Assembly: GCA_002011035.2 (NCBI GenBank)
Contig: MTLY02000003.1
Coordinates: 512,001-576,000, forward strand
Source: Candidatus Hecatella orcuttiae
GTDB lineage: Archaea; Thermoproteota; Bathyarchaeia; Hecatellales; Hecatellaceae
Length of the DNA stretch: 64,000 bases
Direction of reading: 5' to 3'
The position numbers and the translations under genes are program-made. Positions within the stretch are counted from its first letter, which is position 1, and every line of letters starts with the position of its first letter. Positions 39,492 through 47,790 of this stretch are shown here, one piece after another. Below the pieces are notes generated by a model. The model saw only the letters and a list, made by a program, of their open reading frames with translations. It had not been told where the DNA came from and ran no database searches.

Positions 39492-40463
39492 TTAGGCTTT
39501 TTGCAGTATTGTCTTCAGCTTTGTCACAGCTTCTTCGCTGTCTCCCGCCTCTATGACCGTGATCTTGTACATGGCTGCCAGCTGGGAGGCAGTATGACTC
39601 AGTCGGGGTAGCGCTATGAGGACGCTGGAAATCCGGCCGAGGTCGTAGACCTTGGCGAACATGGTGATGATGGGTTGCTCGCCCACGGTTTCTTTCTCTT
39701 GAACGATTTCGACAACGAGTTTTTCGTTTTCTCCCCTGACAGCTAGGATGTCGAATCTGTGGTCTACCCCCGAACTGCCTTTAACGATCCCCGGACTCTC
39801 CACCTTGTAGTTGGAGGATTCGAGGAAAGAGCGGACAGAGGAAATAACCCCCACAACTTTCCTCACCTCCGCTGTTCCTCCCAAAGTGTAGGAGTAGCAT
39901 TCTTTCAGCTCCGCATCCCTTATCGTAAACTGGCGTCCGCAGCTCCTACACTGATGAGGGGAGTAGGGTTCATCGAATTTTCTTTTACACGCGTGGCAAA
40001 CAAACCATATGCCCACCTTTCTTGAATCCTTGCCCGCGGGGTCTAAGGGCGTTTTACATTTAGGGCATACGAGTTTCCCCTCCGTCCGATAACGGTCCTC
40101 GGTGTCGATGTGGCCGCATTTGAAGTGTTCCAGCAAAATCTTCTTCTCTATGTCGTAGGACTTGCAGCGGGGGCAAAGGGCTAGGGTTCCCACGTTGGGC
40201 GAATGGCAGTGGGGACAAGTGGGGTGCTTGCCAAAAAGCTTCCTGGCCAAAAGCCCTTCTGCGGTTAGCTTCTCTAGAAGGCTTGAAACTTCCTCGGAGT
40301 CCCCTAGGACTTCCTCCACTTCTGGATACCTACACCCTTTAACAGGGTCGAAGACAGGCCTCAGTTCAGGGTATTTTCCGGAAAGCAGCTCCACCAAAAG
40401 CTTTCTAGGGTCCTCTGGAAGTTTAGCCTTTTCTTCAGGGGTGATCTTGCTACCGGCTGACAA
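39492..40463 (-). CDS. TackOD1-like multi-Zn-ribbon protein with a C-terminal restriction-endonuclease-like fold
   Basis: CPHC, CPRC, HFKC, CPKC, CHAC and CRSC knuckles after a winged-helix-like segment; C-terminal G.SGVDHRFDI...VVEI. Confidence 0.7.
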   Translation of the reverse strand: MSAGSKITPEEKAKLPEDPRKLLVELLSGKYPELRPVFDPVKGCRYPEVEEVLGDSEEVSSLLEKLTAEGLLARKLFGKHPTCPHCHSPNVGTLALCPRCKSYDIEKKILLEHFKCGHIDTEDRYRTEGKLVCPKCKTPLDPAGKDSRKVGIWFVCHACKRKFDEPYSPHQCRSCGRQFTIRDAELKECYSYTLGGTAEVRKVVGVISSVRSFLESSNYKVESPGIVKGSSGVDHRFDILAVRGENEKLVVEIVQEKETVGEQPIITMFAKVYDLGRISSVLIALPRLSHTASQLAAMYKITVIEAGDSEEAVTKLKTILQKA

Positions 40464-40663
40464 CCTTAGGGCGCCTTTACGTTAATTATCTAGTCAATAC
40501 GGCTTATATTTGGTTATCCCGCAGGAGGGCTGGGATGCACTGTCTAACCTCTCATTTCAGCTATTTAAATCTCAAGTTCTTATCCCCAAACAGCTGGAGA
40601 ATCCGGTGGAAACCAGAAAACCTTAATCCTTCCGTGTTGAAGAATCGGTGAAGGCTGAGCCTG

Positions 40664-41443
40664 ATGGCCTCCGAGCAGCTGGACTACGCAGCCGTCATCT
40701 TGGTTTTAACTTTCTTAGCCTACTCCGCTTGGAGCGACTGGCGGACTAGGGAGGTGACCAACCGCGTTTGGATGATCCTCGCCCCTTCTGGGGTTGCTCT
40801 CACCCTTCTCCGAATTCTGCCTACGCACAATTGGACGCTCTACTTAGGATGGGGCCTCATCATGGGGGTTATGACCCTCATTTCCTTCACACTCTTCTAC
40901 CTAGGCCTCTGGGGCGGCGCTGACTCCAAAGCCTTCCTCAGCCTAGGCCTCATCCTCCCATGGCCGCCTCGTGCTCCAGACCCTTGGCTGGGAATTCGGC
41001 TGCCGGTTTTCCCTCTCACCGTTTTAAACAACACCATCCTCCTTTCCACTTCCGCTGTCTTCTACATCTTGGCGAGGAATATAGCTTGGAAGGCGTTTCA
41101 CCACCAAAGCCTCTTCCAAGGCTTCGCCCATGAGTCTCGGTGGAAAAAGCTTCTAGCCCTCCTAGTCAGTTACAAGGTTAAAAAAGAGAAGCTTCAAGGA
41201 AAGCGTTTCCTCTCCCTTGCCGAAGAATCCGAAGCCGAGGAAAGCGGAGGGACTCCGCCTCCGAAGCGAAGCTTCAAATTCCAAATAAAAGAAGCCCCTC
41301 CCATTGAAAGATGGGAAGAGCTGCCGGAAGAAGTCTGGGTTACGCCTCAACCGCCCCTGATGGTGTTTATATTCCTCGGCACAGCCGCCGCCCTCTGGCT
41401 GGGAGACCTCCTTCTCTGGCTTATAGCTCAATTCTTCCCCTAA
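40664..41443 (+). CDS. Prepilin/prearchaellin peptidase (A24, PibD/ArlK-like)
   Basis: SDWRTREV.N..W and GGADSK aspartyl motifs; VWVTP..P.MVFI C-terminal motif; multiple TM segments. Confidence 0.92.
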   Translation: MASEQLDYAAVILVLTFLAYSAWSDWRTREVTNRVWMILAPSGVALTLLRILPTHNWTLYLGWGLIMGVMTLISFTLFYLGLWGGADSKAFLSLGLILPWPPRAPDPWLGIRLPVFPLTVLNNTILLSTSAVFYILARNIAWKAFHHQSLFQGFAHESRWKKLLALLVSYKVKKEKLQGKRFLSLAEESEAEESGGTPPPKRSFKFQIKEAPPIERWEELPEEVWVTPQPPLMVFIFLGTAAALWLGDLLLWLIAQFFP

Positions 41444-41476
41444 TCCATCCACTCTTGACCAAGAGCTCCCAGCCCA

Positions 41477-41524
41477 AGGAAAAAAGGGTGGGAAATCTGC
41501 CGCCGTTTCACACCTTTCTTTTTT
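41477..41524 (+). terminator. Imperfect hairpin ending in a T-tract after the peptidase gene
   Basis: AGGAAAAAAGGGTGGGAAA ... TTTCACACCTTTCTTTTTT. Confidence 0.45.
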
Positions 41525-41609
41525 GCGCCGCGCTTCTCTGCGAAGTTTGCTTAGGCCTCAAGGGTGGATAAAAAATTTATTTGAAGGAAACCCTATCCTC
41601 TAATTAGGT

Positions 41610-41811
41610 GGGACCGTAGTCTAGCCAGGCAGGACGACTGCGCTGCAAGCTTCCCCAAAAGGCTTCAACGCAGTCAAGGGCTCCAGCTCAGTTCAAAAGT
41701 TCACCGACCGCCCCGAGGGCTGAATGAGGAGGAGCTGGAGCGGGGAGAAACCCGTAGACGGCTGAAGCAAGCCGGTGGAAGTCGTCGGTTCAAATCCGGC
41801 CGGTCCCACCA
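41610..41811 (+). tRNA. trnW: tRNA-Trp(CCA) with three introns: 41639-41677 (position 28/29), 41687-41749 (37/38), 41758-41780 (45/46)
   Basis: The spliced product GGGACCGTAGTCTAGCCAGGCAGGACGACGGGCTCCAGACCCGTAGGTCGTCGGTTCAAATCCGGCCGGTCCCACCA folds into a complete cloverleaf. Each intron is bounded by a BHB-like motif. CCA is encoded; there is an upstream AT-rich box and a downstream T-run. Confidence 0.92.
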
Positions 41812-41827
41812 TTTTTTTCTAGGCTGG

Positions 41828-42253
41828 CTAGTAGTAGTAGAGGTTTGCGAAGGCGTCGTAGGCGTAGTCTTCCCCGCAACCGTTTCCGTAGCCCACGTTG
41901 ACGTAGACAGGCTGGCCTTTTTTGATGTAGAAGTAGTCTCCCGGGGGAAGGAAGATGGTTTGGGTTAGGTCGTTGGGGCCGGTGCAGTAGGTGTAAACGT
42001 CTCTTTGCATGTAGAAGAGGAAATCCTTCTTCATGTTGACGAAGTAAGGCTCAAACCTGCCTATCTTCTTCCTAGTTATGGAGATGTAGAGTTCGAAGTC
42101 CCCTTGCGCTTCCTTGACGCATAGGAGGCCCATGAAGGCTCCGATAATGTGAATATCTCGGTTAGGCCTCCAAGTTTCCAGTATGTAGGTTTTAGCCGTC
42201 CGCTTCTTGGCCACGTCGATGGTGTGAAAACATTTCGTCCGTATGTTCACCAA
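41828..42253 (-). CDS. Hypothetical protein, aromatic- and beta-rich
   Basis: 141-aa ORF with GAGGG RBS and genome-like codon usage; no family recognised. Confidence 0.6.
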   Translation of the reverse strand: MVNIRTKCFHTIDVAKKRTAKTYILETWRPNRDIHIIGAFMGLLCVKEAQGDFELYISITRKKIGRFEPYFVNMKKDFLFYMQRDVYTYCTGPNDLTQTIFLPPGDYFYIKKGQPVYVNVGYGNGCGEDYAYDAFANLYYY

Positions 42254-42425
42254 CCAACCCCTCTACAGCTTTAACCGTATTTGTAACATTTCAATAGATT
42301 TTTCAAGACTATTTAATTCCTTCCTCATCACGGCGTTGAAGAATGCGCCAACAAGCCTAGAAAGCCATCTGCAGCTTCAGCTCTCCCATCTGAAAATCGT
42401 CTGAACTCCTACAAAAATGCAACAC

Positions 42426-43439
42426 TCATTCCACCGTCCATCTTCTGCTGAGCATGTTTTCAACTTCTTCGCTGTCTCCAAGGTGATCAGGCTCTGACGC
42501 CCAGTGGAAAAGGAAGACCCCGGTTAAATTGTAGCCTCTGAGAACATCCAAACCGGCTTCATATCCTTCCGCCCTGATAGTTGCGTTAGGCCAAGCTCCT
42601 TGCCATACATCCATACCTAGGGTTGCGACGAATCTGCATTCGACGCCGTATTTTTCTGCCAAGTAATCTATTATCTCTGCGCGCTCTTTCACGTCCTCCC
42701 TGTAATCTTCAAGACTTCTAATGTCCCATGGGCTGTCTTCGTACTTCTTCCAAGGAAAAACAGTCATGCTGATGCAGTCGTATCCTTCAAATGCGCCGTG
42801 GCTGTCTAAAACCTCCCACATTCCAACATATGGATGTTCAGCGATAGCGACCCTGCCGCTGTAGACCTCCCGAATCTTCGGCAATATTTCTCTGTACCAT
42901 TCTCCGGCTTCATCCCCACTTAGGATAAGGCTCATCTCAATCCCCGGAGCGAACATCTCCACGTTGTTTTCTTCAGCAAACACCGCTCATCTTAAAACAA
43001 CATCCGTCCAGTTTTTCTCATCCAGCTTCCATTCTTTTGTGATCCAGTAGTCTCTTGACTCAACATAAGGTACGAGGAAGACTCCGAGCTCAAAATCGTG
43101 GGCTGTTGCAATGGCTTCTCTCAAATATGTTGCGGCTTCGTTGTAGTCTCCTATTACACCTCCGTCCTCGGTGCCATTGTAGAACGCTCTGATGTAAAGA
43201 TAGTTGGCTCCAACGTTTTTTGCCTTTAGAACCAGTCTGAGGTTGCTTTCCGGACTGTATATTTCCTCGTAAATGCCCGGATGATAATAATAGGAAACAG
43301 TTCTCCAAGTTAAACCTTGAATCTCAAATTCTCTCCTACTCTCTGGAAAACTGTACTCTCCTTTTTGTTGAACATACCCACTAGCTAGAAGGATCCCGGC
43401 TACCAACCCGATGACCAGCACGATCAGTATCTTTCTCAA
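42426..43439 (-). pseudogene. Membrane-anchored GH113-like TIM-barrel glycoside hydrolase interrupted by one in-frame TGA (42987-42989)
   Basis: The two track ORFs are in the same frame: ...DVVLR*AVFAEENNVEMFAPGIEM...W.REI...IREVYSG. N-terminal hydrophobic anchor. Confidence 0.65.
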
Positions 43440-43595
43440 CTTCCCACGACATAATACTGGTGATGCTCATTTTAAATAAACGCTCGGTAAATTCGTGCGC
43501 CGAGTTGCATTTTGTTGAAGTCGTTTAATGGGTAATTTAATAAGCTCTTTTCACCTAACTTATTGCCGCACAGGGAATAGGTAGGTGAACCAACG

Positions 43596-43997
43596 TTGGT
43601 GAGAAAAAACAGTTTCAAGTCAAAGCTTGAACATTCCATTTCTCTTGAAAGCGACTTGGCTGAGTATTACCTTCAAAAATCCCTGAAGGCTGAAAACCCG
43701 GTACTGAAGCTGGTGTTCCGGCAGCTGGCGTTGGACACCATGGAGCACAGCGACATTCTGGAAACCGTCAGAGACATGCTCTCCGGCAGGATTCCCAAAA
43801 GCAAGGAGCGTATGAGAACAAAGGAGCTGGAAGAACATTCGAAGATCGAGAAAGAGTTGATGCTCTTCTACAAGGAGGCGGAAAGAAAAGCCGGAGAAAA
43901 GGAAGTCAAACTGCTGTTTCAGAAACTAGTGTCAGATGAAGACCGACACCATAATATGCTGGAGACCCTGATTAAAACCCTTCGGCATCGAAAATAG
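43596..43997 (+). CDS. Ferritin-like/rubrerythrin diiron protein
   Basis: E...Y, DTMEH, E...FY and DEDRH repeated four-helix motifs. Confidence 0.82.
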   Translation: MVRKNSFKSKLEHSISLESDLAEYYLQKSLKAENPVLKLVFRQLALDTMEHSDILETVRDMLSGRIPKSKERMRTKELEEHSKIEKELMLFYKEAERKAGEKEVKLLFQKLVSDEDRHHNMLETLIKTLRHRK

Positions 43998-44075
43998 CCT
44001 GAGCTAATGTTGACTGAGGGTGCGTTTTGAACGAAATCCATATAATGGATGTTTTTTATTATAATTAGGAGTCTT

Positions 44076-44291
44076 ATGGAAGATAAATGCCCAGGTTCCG
44101 CCTTCGTCAAGATCGAAACAACCCAATGCCCCAAATGCGGTGAAGAAGTGGAACTGTTCAGCGACGAATACAAGACTAAGTGTCCTAACTGCGGGGAGAC
44201 CGTCTTCCGAGACCTAGCTTCCTGCATCGACTGGTGCCCCTACTCCCAAAAATGCTTAGAGGACCGGCAGAAATACCAAAGTAAAAGCTAA
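44076..44291 (+). CDS. Small Cys-rich Zn-ribbon/Fe-S protein
   Basis: CPG, CPKCGEEVELFSDE, CPNCG, CIDWC...C; ATG 44076 after GGAG. Confidence 0.75.
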   Translation: MEDKCPGSAFVKIETTQCPKCGEEVELFSDEYKTKCPNCGETVFRDLASCIDWCPYSQKCLEDRQKYQSKS

Positions 44292-44368
44292 AACTACTTC
44301 CAGCTTCGTAGCAGCCATTTTGCCAGCGAGCCGGTTTTTTAAGAAAAACGAACTCAGCTAACCTTCTA

Positions 44369-44719
44369 TCAGACTTGGATCCTGCGTGTGGAGAGGTTGT
44401 TCTGCACGTTGACCGACGGAATCTCCGCGCCGCTTCTGCTCAGCTTCCCGTATCTCCCCACGTTAAGCCTCAGAGAGCTTTTGAAGACGGAGATGTAACC
44501 GTTTTCTATCCGGAGGACATCGCCGCTCTTCACCTGGTCGATGACCTCGTCCCAAAGGGTTAGAATGATGCAGCCTGACTCATCGCCCACCAGAACGTCG
44601 GCTACCCGGTGCTGGGAGCCGTCGGCTCTGAAGGTGACCACCCTCTCCTCCAACTTCTCCACGACCTTTAAGTCTATGTTCACCCTCTGGGATCCCACGC
44701 GGAGTTCATGAACTTTCAA
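44369..44719 (-). CDS. ssb: Single-stranded DNA-binding protein, single OB fold (crenarchaeal type)
   Basis: VGDESGCIILTLWD, IENGY, LRLNVGRYG. Confidence 0.88.
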   Translation of the reverse strand: MKVHELRVGSQRVNIDLKVVEKLEERVVTFRADGSQHRVADVLVGDESGCIILTLWDEVIDQVKSGDVLRIENGYISVFKSSLRLNVGRYGKLSRSGAEIPSVNVQNNLSTRRIQV

Positions 44720-44819
44720 TTTTTTCAGCCTTGATGAAATCCGTTGCCGAATATTTTATTTTAGCGGTGAAAACATATAAAGCTTGACGGCGGTCATACC
44801 GGCTTCCGGTGGAGTTGTG

Positions 44820-45338
44820 ATGGGAGAAAAACCTCAAGTTTTAGTCATCGGCTACGCCGATGACCACTGCCCTGACAGCGCCCGCAAGCTGGCCTATGAG
44901 GTAGGCTGCGAAATCGCTCGGAGGGGCGGTATTCTGATAACAGGCGGCTTAAAAGGCGTCATGGAAGCTGCCAGCCGTGGGGCGAAGGAAAACGGGGGTT
45001 TGGTGGTGGGCATCATTCCCCAAGAAGACAAGGCCTACGCCAACCCCTACTGCGATGTAGTGGTGTGCACAGGTATGGGTTGGGCTCGGGATTTCATCAC
45101 CGCCTACACTGCCGACGCCGTCATCATTGTGGGAGGCGGGGCTGGAACCCTCATCGAAGCCATAGCCGCCTACTTTAAGCTCAAGCCCATTGTTGCCCTC
45201 CGGGGCAGCGGAGGCACTGCGGACAAATATGCGGGAGGATACCTCGACGACAGGAAGGCAGTGAAGGTTTGGGGAGAAAACACTCCGGGAAAGGCAGTGG
45301 ACCGAGCTTTCCAGCTTCTGAAAGGGGAACACCGTTAA
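44820..45338 (+). CDS. LOG/TIGR00725-family Rossmann-fold protein
   Basis: ITGGLKGVMEAASRGA, TGMGWAR, GGGAGTLIE. Confidence 0.88.
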   Translation: MGEKPQVLVIGYADDHCPDSARKLAYEVGCEIARRGGILITGGLKGVMEAASRGAKENGGLVVGIIPQEDKAYANPYCDVVVCTGMGWARDFITAYTADAVIIVGGGAGTLIEAIAAYFKLKPIVALRGSGGTADKYAGGYLDDRKAVKVWGENTPGKAVDRAFQLLKGEHR

Positions 45339-45409
45339 ACATGGTTCTGTCGGTTAAAGAATTTTCAGGTAAAAACTTGCTACCCAGCTTGTAAGGCTGT
45401 TCTATCAAG

Positions 45410-46294
45410 ATGAGGTTCACTTTCCATTACGGCTTGCTCGTCCTAGTGGCTGTTGTGCTAGCTTTTCCTCTTCAAAGTTTAGCTTGGACGCTTAAACCTC
45501 TGATCCCCGGCTTCCTCTTCGTTCTCATGCTCTTTGCCAGCGCCGGTTTTGACCCTGAAGAGCTGCGGAGGGTGGCTGAATTCAAGCGGCAGGTGGGAGC
45601 ATGCTTGCTGGTCAACTACGGTCTTCTCACAGGATTTCTGGTGGCCGCTGCCTTCCTTTTCTTCGGAGAAATCAGAAACGGAAACCTGGTCATAGCGGCC
45701 ATGCCTCCCGCCATAGCCGTGGTTGCCTTGGTCTCCCTCACCGATAAGGAAAACCTGCCTATGGCCTTGGTCTCAGAGATTTTGACTTACGTGGCTGCCC
45801 TCGGTTTGGCTCCCTTGATTCTGCTGTCTTTCGCCACGAAGGTTTTCAACCCTCTTTTCCTCCTTCAGATTCTCTTCTTCTTCATCCTCTTACCCTTGTT
45901 CGCTTCCCAGCTTTTGAGAAAGGTCGAGTTTCTGGTGAAGGAGAAGGAGCTTCTGTCCACCTCCGCCTTTTCCCTCATAACCTTCACGGTGGTAGGCATA
46001 AACGTGAGTTTTCTTCTGGAAGGGAAGCCTTCCATGTTGGCTCTCCTAACCTTGATTCACGCTGTGAAAACCTTCGGCTTAGGCTTCCTCCTTCTAAAGC
46101 TCACCGGAAACAGAACCTACGCCTTCTTTGCAAGCTTCAAGAACATGGGCGCTGCGGCAGCCGTCAGCCTGCTTCTCTTCAGCGACCTCGCCAGCCTCCC
46201 CGTGGCCGTAGGCATCATCCTAGAAAGCTTCCTCATAGCCTACTCCCTATCCTACTGGAAGCCGGGAAAACCTAGCGGCGGGGTAAGAGGCTAA
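45410..46294 (+). CDS. Bile acid:Na+ symporter/Acr3-like transporter
   Basis: About 9-10 TM segments, AMPPAIA and FKNMG motifs. Confidence 0.7.
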   Translation: MRFTFHYGLLVLVAVVLAFPLQSLAWTLKPLIPGFLFVLMLFASAGFDPEELRRVAEFKRQVGACLLVNYGLLTGFLVAAAFLFFGEIRNGNLVIAAMPPAIAVVALVSLTDKENLPMALVSEILTYVAALGLAPLILLSFATKVFNPLFLLQILFFFILLPLFASQLLRKVEFLVKEKELLSTSAFSLITFTVVGINVSFLLEGKPSMLALLTLIHAVKTFGLGFLLLKLTGNRTYAFFASFKNMGAAAAVSLLLFSDLASLPVAVGIILESFLIAYSLSYWKPGKPSGGVRG

Positions 46295-47784
46295 GGGACT
46301 AGGGCTTCCATCACACGGCTGAGAAGCTGGTTTAAAAACTGAGGATAAACTCCCGTCGCCACCGTCAAGACGGTTAACACCATCAGGGGAACTATGAAAA
46401 GGTTTGACGCCTCCTTCACCCGGCTTAGGCGGCTGGGAAGCTGTCTGAAGAGAACCCTCCGCACCGTCCACAGGGAATAGCTCAGTGTCAGGGCTGTGGC
46501 CATCACCGCGGCCACGGCTAAGACAACCCTCACAGCTCCCCCCTCAACAACTCCGTGGAGGAAGAAGCCGAGAAAGATCATCCACTCGCTCTGAAAGCCG
46601 TTGAGGGGCGGAACGCCGGAGAGGCTTAGGAAGCCTACCACCATGGCCACGGCTGTGTAGGGCATTTTGGAGGCTAAACCCCCCAGCTGCCTGATGCTTC
46701 TCGTCCCAGCCTGCCGCGTGAGGACTCCGGAGATCATGAAGAGAGCCGCCTTACTGGTCGCATGGCTGAAGTAGAGGAAGATGGCGCCCACCAGCCCTAG
46801 GGCTGAGGAGGACGCAAGGCCGAAAAGCAGGTAGCCCATCTGGCTGATGCTGGAGTAGGCCAGAAGCCTTTTGATGTCGTCTTGAGCCAAGGCCATGAGC
46901 GCTCCGTAGACCATGGTCACCAAGGCCATGGCCGCCAGCCCCGGGCTGAACTCTAGGATGGTCTGGGGGAAGGCGGTGAAGACAATTCGGAGAATGGCGT
47001 AGCCGCCTATGCCGCTTGTGGTCGCGGAGAGGAGGGCGGTGATGGGCGTCGGCGCCTCGACGTAGGTGTCCGGAAGCCACGCGTGGAAGGGGAAGATGGC
47101 AAGCTTCACCATCAGCCCCACCAAGAGAGCTGCGACGATAAGCCTCGCCGCCGTGGAGCCCACAGGCTGCCCCTGGGCGGAGGCTTCCTCGATAGCGAAC
47201 AGGCTGAAGCTTCCGTAGGCGGCCCCGGTGGCCAATATGCCTAGGAGGAACAGGAGGGCTCCCATGTGGGTGTAGATGAAATACCGGAAGGCTACGCGTT
47301 CTCTGTCTCCGGTTCCCCAGCCGTGGACTAGAGCCCAGGAAGGCAGAAGCATCAGCTCGAAGAAGAGGTAGAATTCGATGAGGTCTGAAGCTAGGACGCT
47401 GCCGAGCATTCCCGCGGTGTAGAGCAGATACAGCCCATAGTAGAGGGGCATGTTCTGTTCCCCGTCCATGTAGCGGATGGAGTAGGGGGCTACGATGCTG
47501 GCCAGCAGGGCTATGGTTAAAGCCATGGTAACCCCCAATCCGTCGGCGTGGAAGCCGAAGGTCAACCCCAGCGAAGGGGCCCAAGGGACTTGAAACACGT
47601 AAGCCTCCACCGTGCCGGTGAAGATGCGGGTAGCCAAGGTTAGAAGGAGGGCGGAAATGTAGGCTGTCACGGCGAAAGCCGCCCACCCGGCTTGTTTACC
47701 CATGCGCTTGGGCAGCAGGGCTAGAAGAGGTGAGACCAGCAGAGGCAGAAACACCGACTGGATGAGAAGCTGTTCAGGGCCCAT
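46291..47784 (-). CDS. NuoM/MrpD-like antiporter subunit
   Basis: FFELMLLP, KLAIFPFHAWLPD..VEAP, DIKRLLAYSSISQMG, GFQSE. Confidence 0.9.
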   Translation of the reverse strand: MGPEQLLIQSVFLPLLVSPLLALLPKRMGKQAGWAAFAVTAYISALLLTLATRIFTGTVEAYVFQVPWAPSLGLTFGFHADGLGVTMALTIALLASIVAPYSIRYMDGEQNMPLYYGLYLLYTAGMLGSVLASDLIEFYLFFELMLLPSWALVHGWGTGDRERVAFRYFIYTHMGALLFLLGILATGAAYGSFSLFAIEEASAQGQPVGSTAARLIVAALLVGLMVKLAIFPFHAWLPDTYVEAPTPITALLSATTSGIGGYAILRIVFTAFPQTILEFSPGLAAMALVTMVYGALMALAQDDIKRLLAYSSISQMGYLLFGLASSSALGLVGAIFLYFSHATSKAALFMISGVLTRQAGTRSIRQLGGLASKMPYTAVAMVVGFLSLSGVPPLNGFQSEWMIFLGFFLHGVVEGGAVRVVLAVAAVMATALTLSYSLWTVRRVLFRQLPSRLSRVKEASNLFIVPLMVLTVLTVATGVYPQFLNQLLSRVMEALVP

Positions 47785-47790
47785 GGCTGT

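Noticed and set aside
26619-41443. Archaellum (motility) operon
   Set aside because: No ArlF/ArlG or single large ArlJ was recognised. Two separate TadC genes and pilin-type N-termini fit an adhesive or uptake type IV pilus better.
41781-46294. Integrated element at the tRNA-Trp 3' end
   Set aside because: No integrase and no duplicated tRNA 3' end (att site) was seen in the window.
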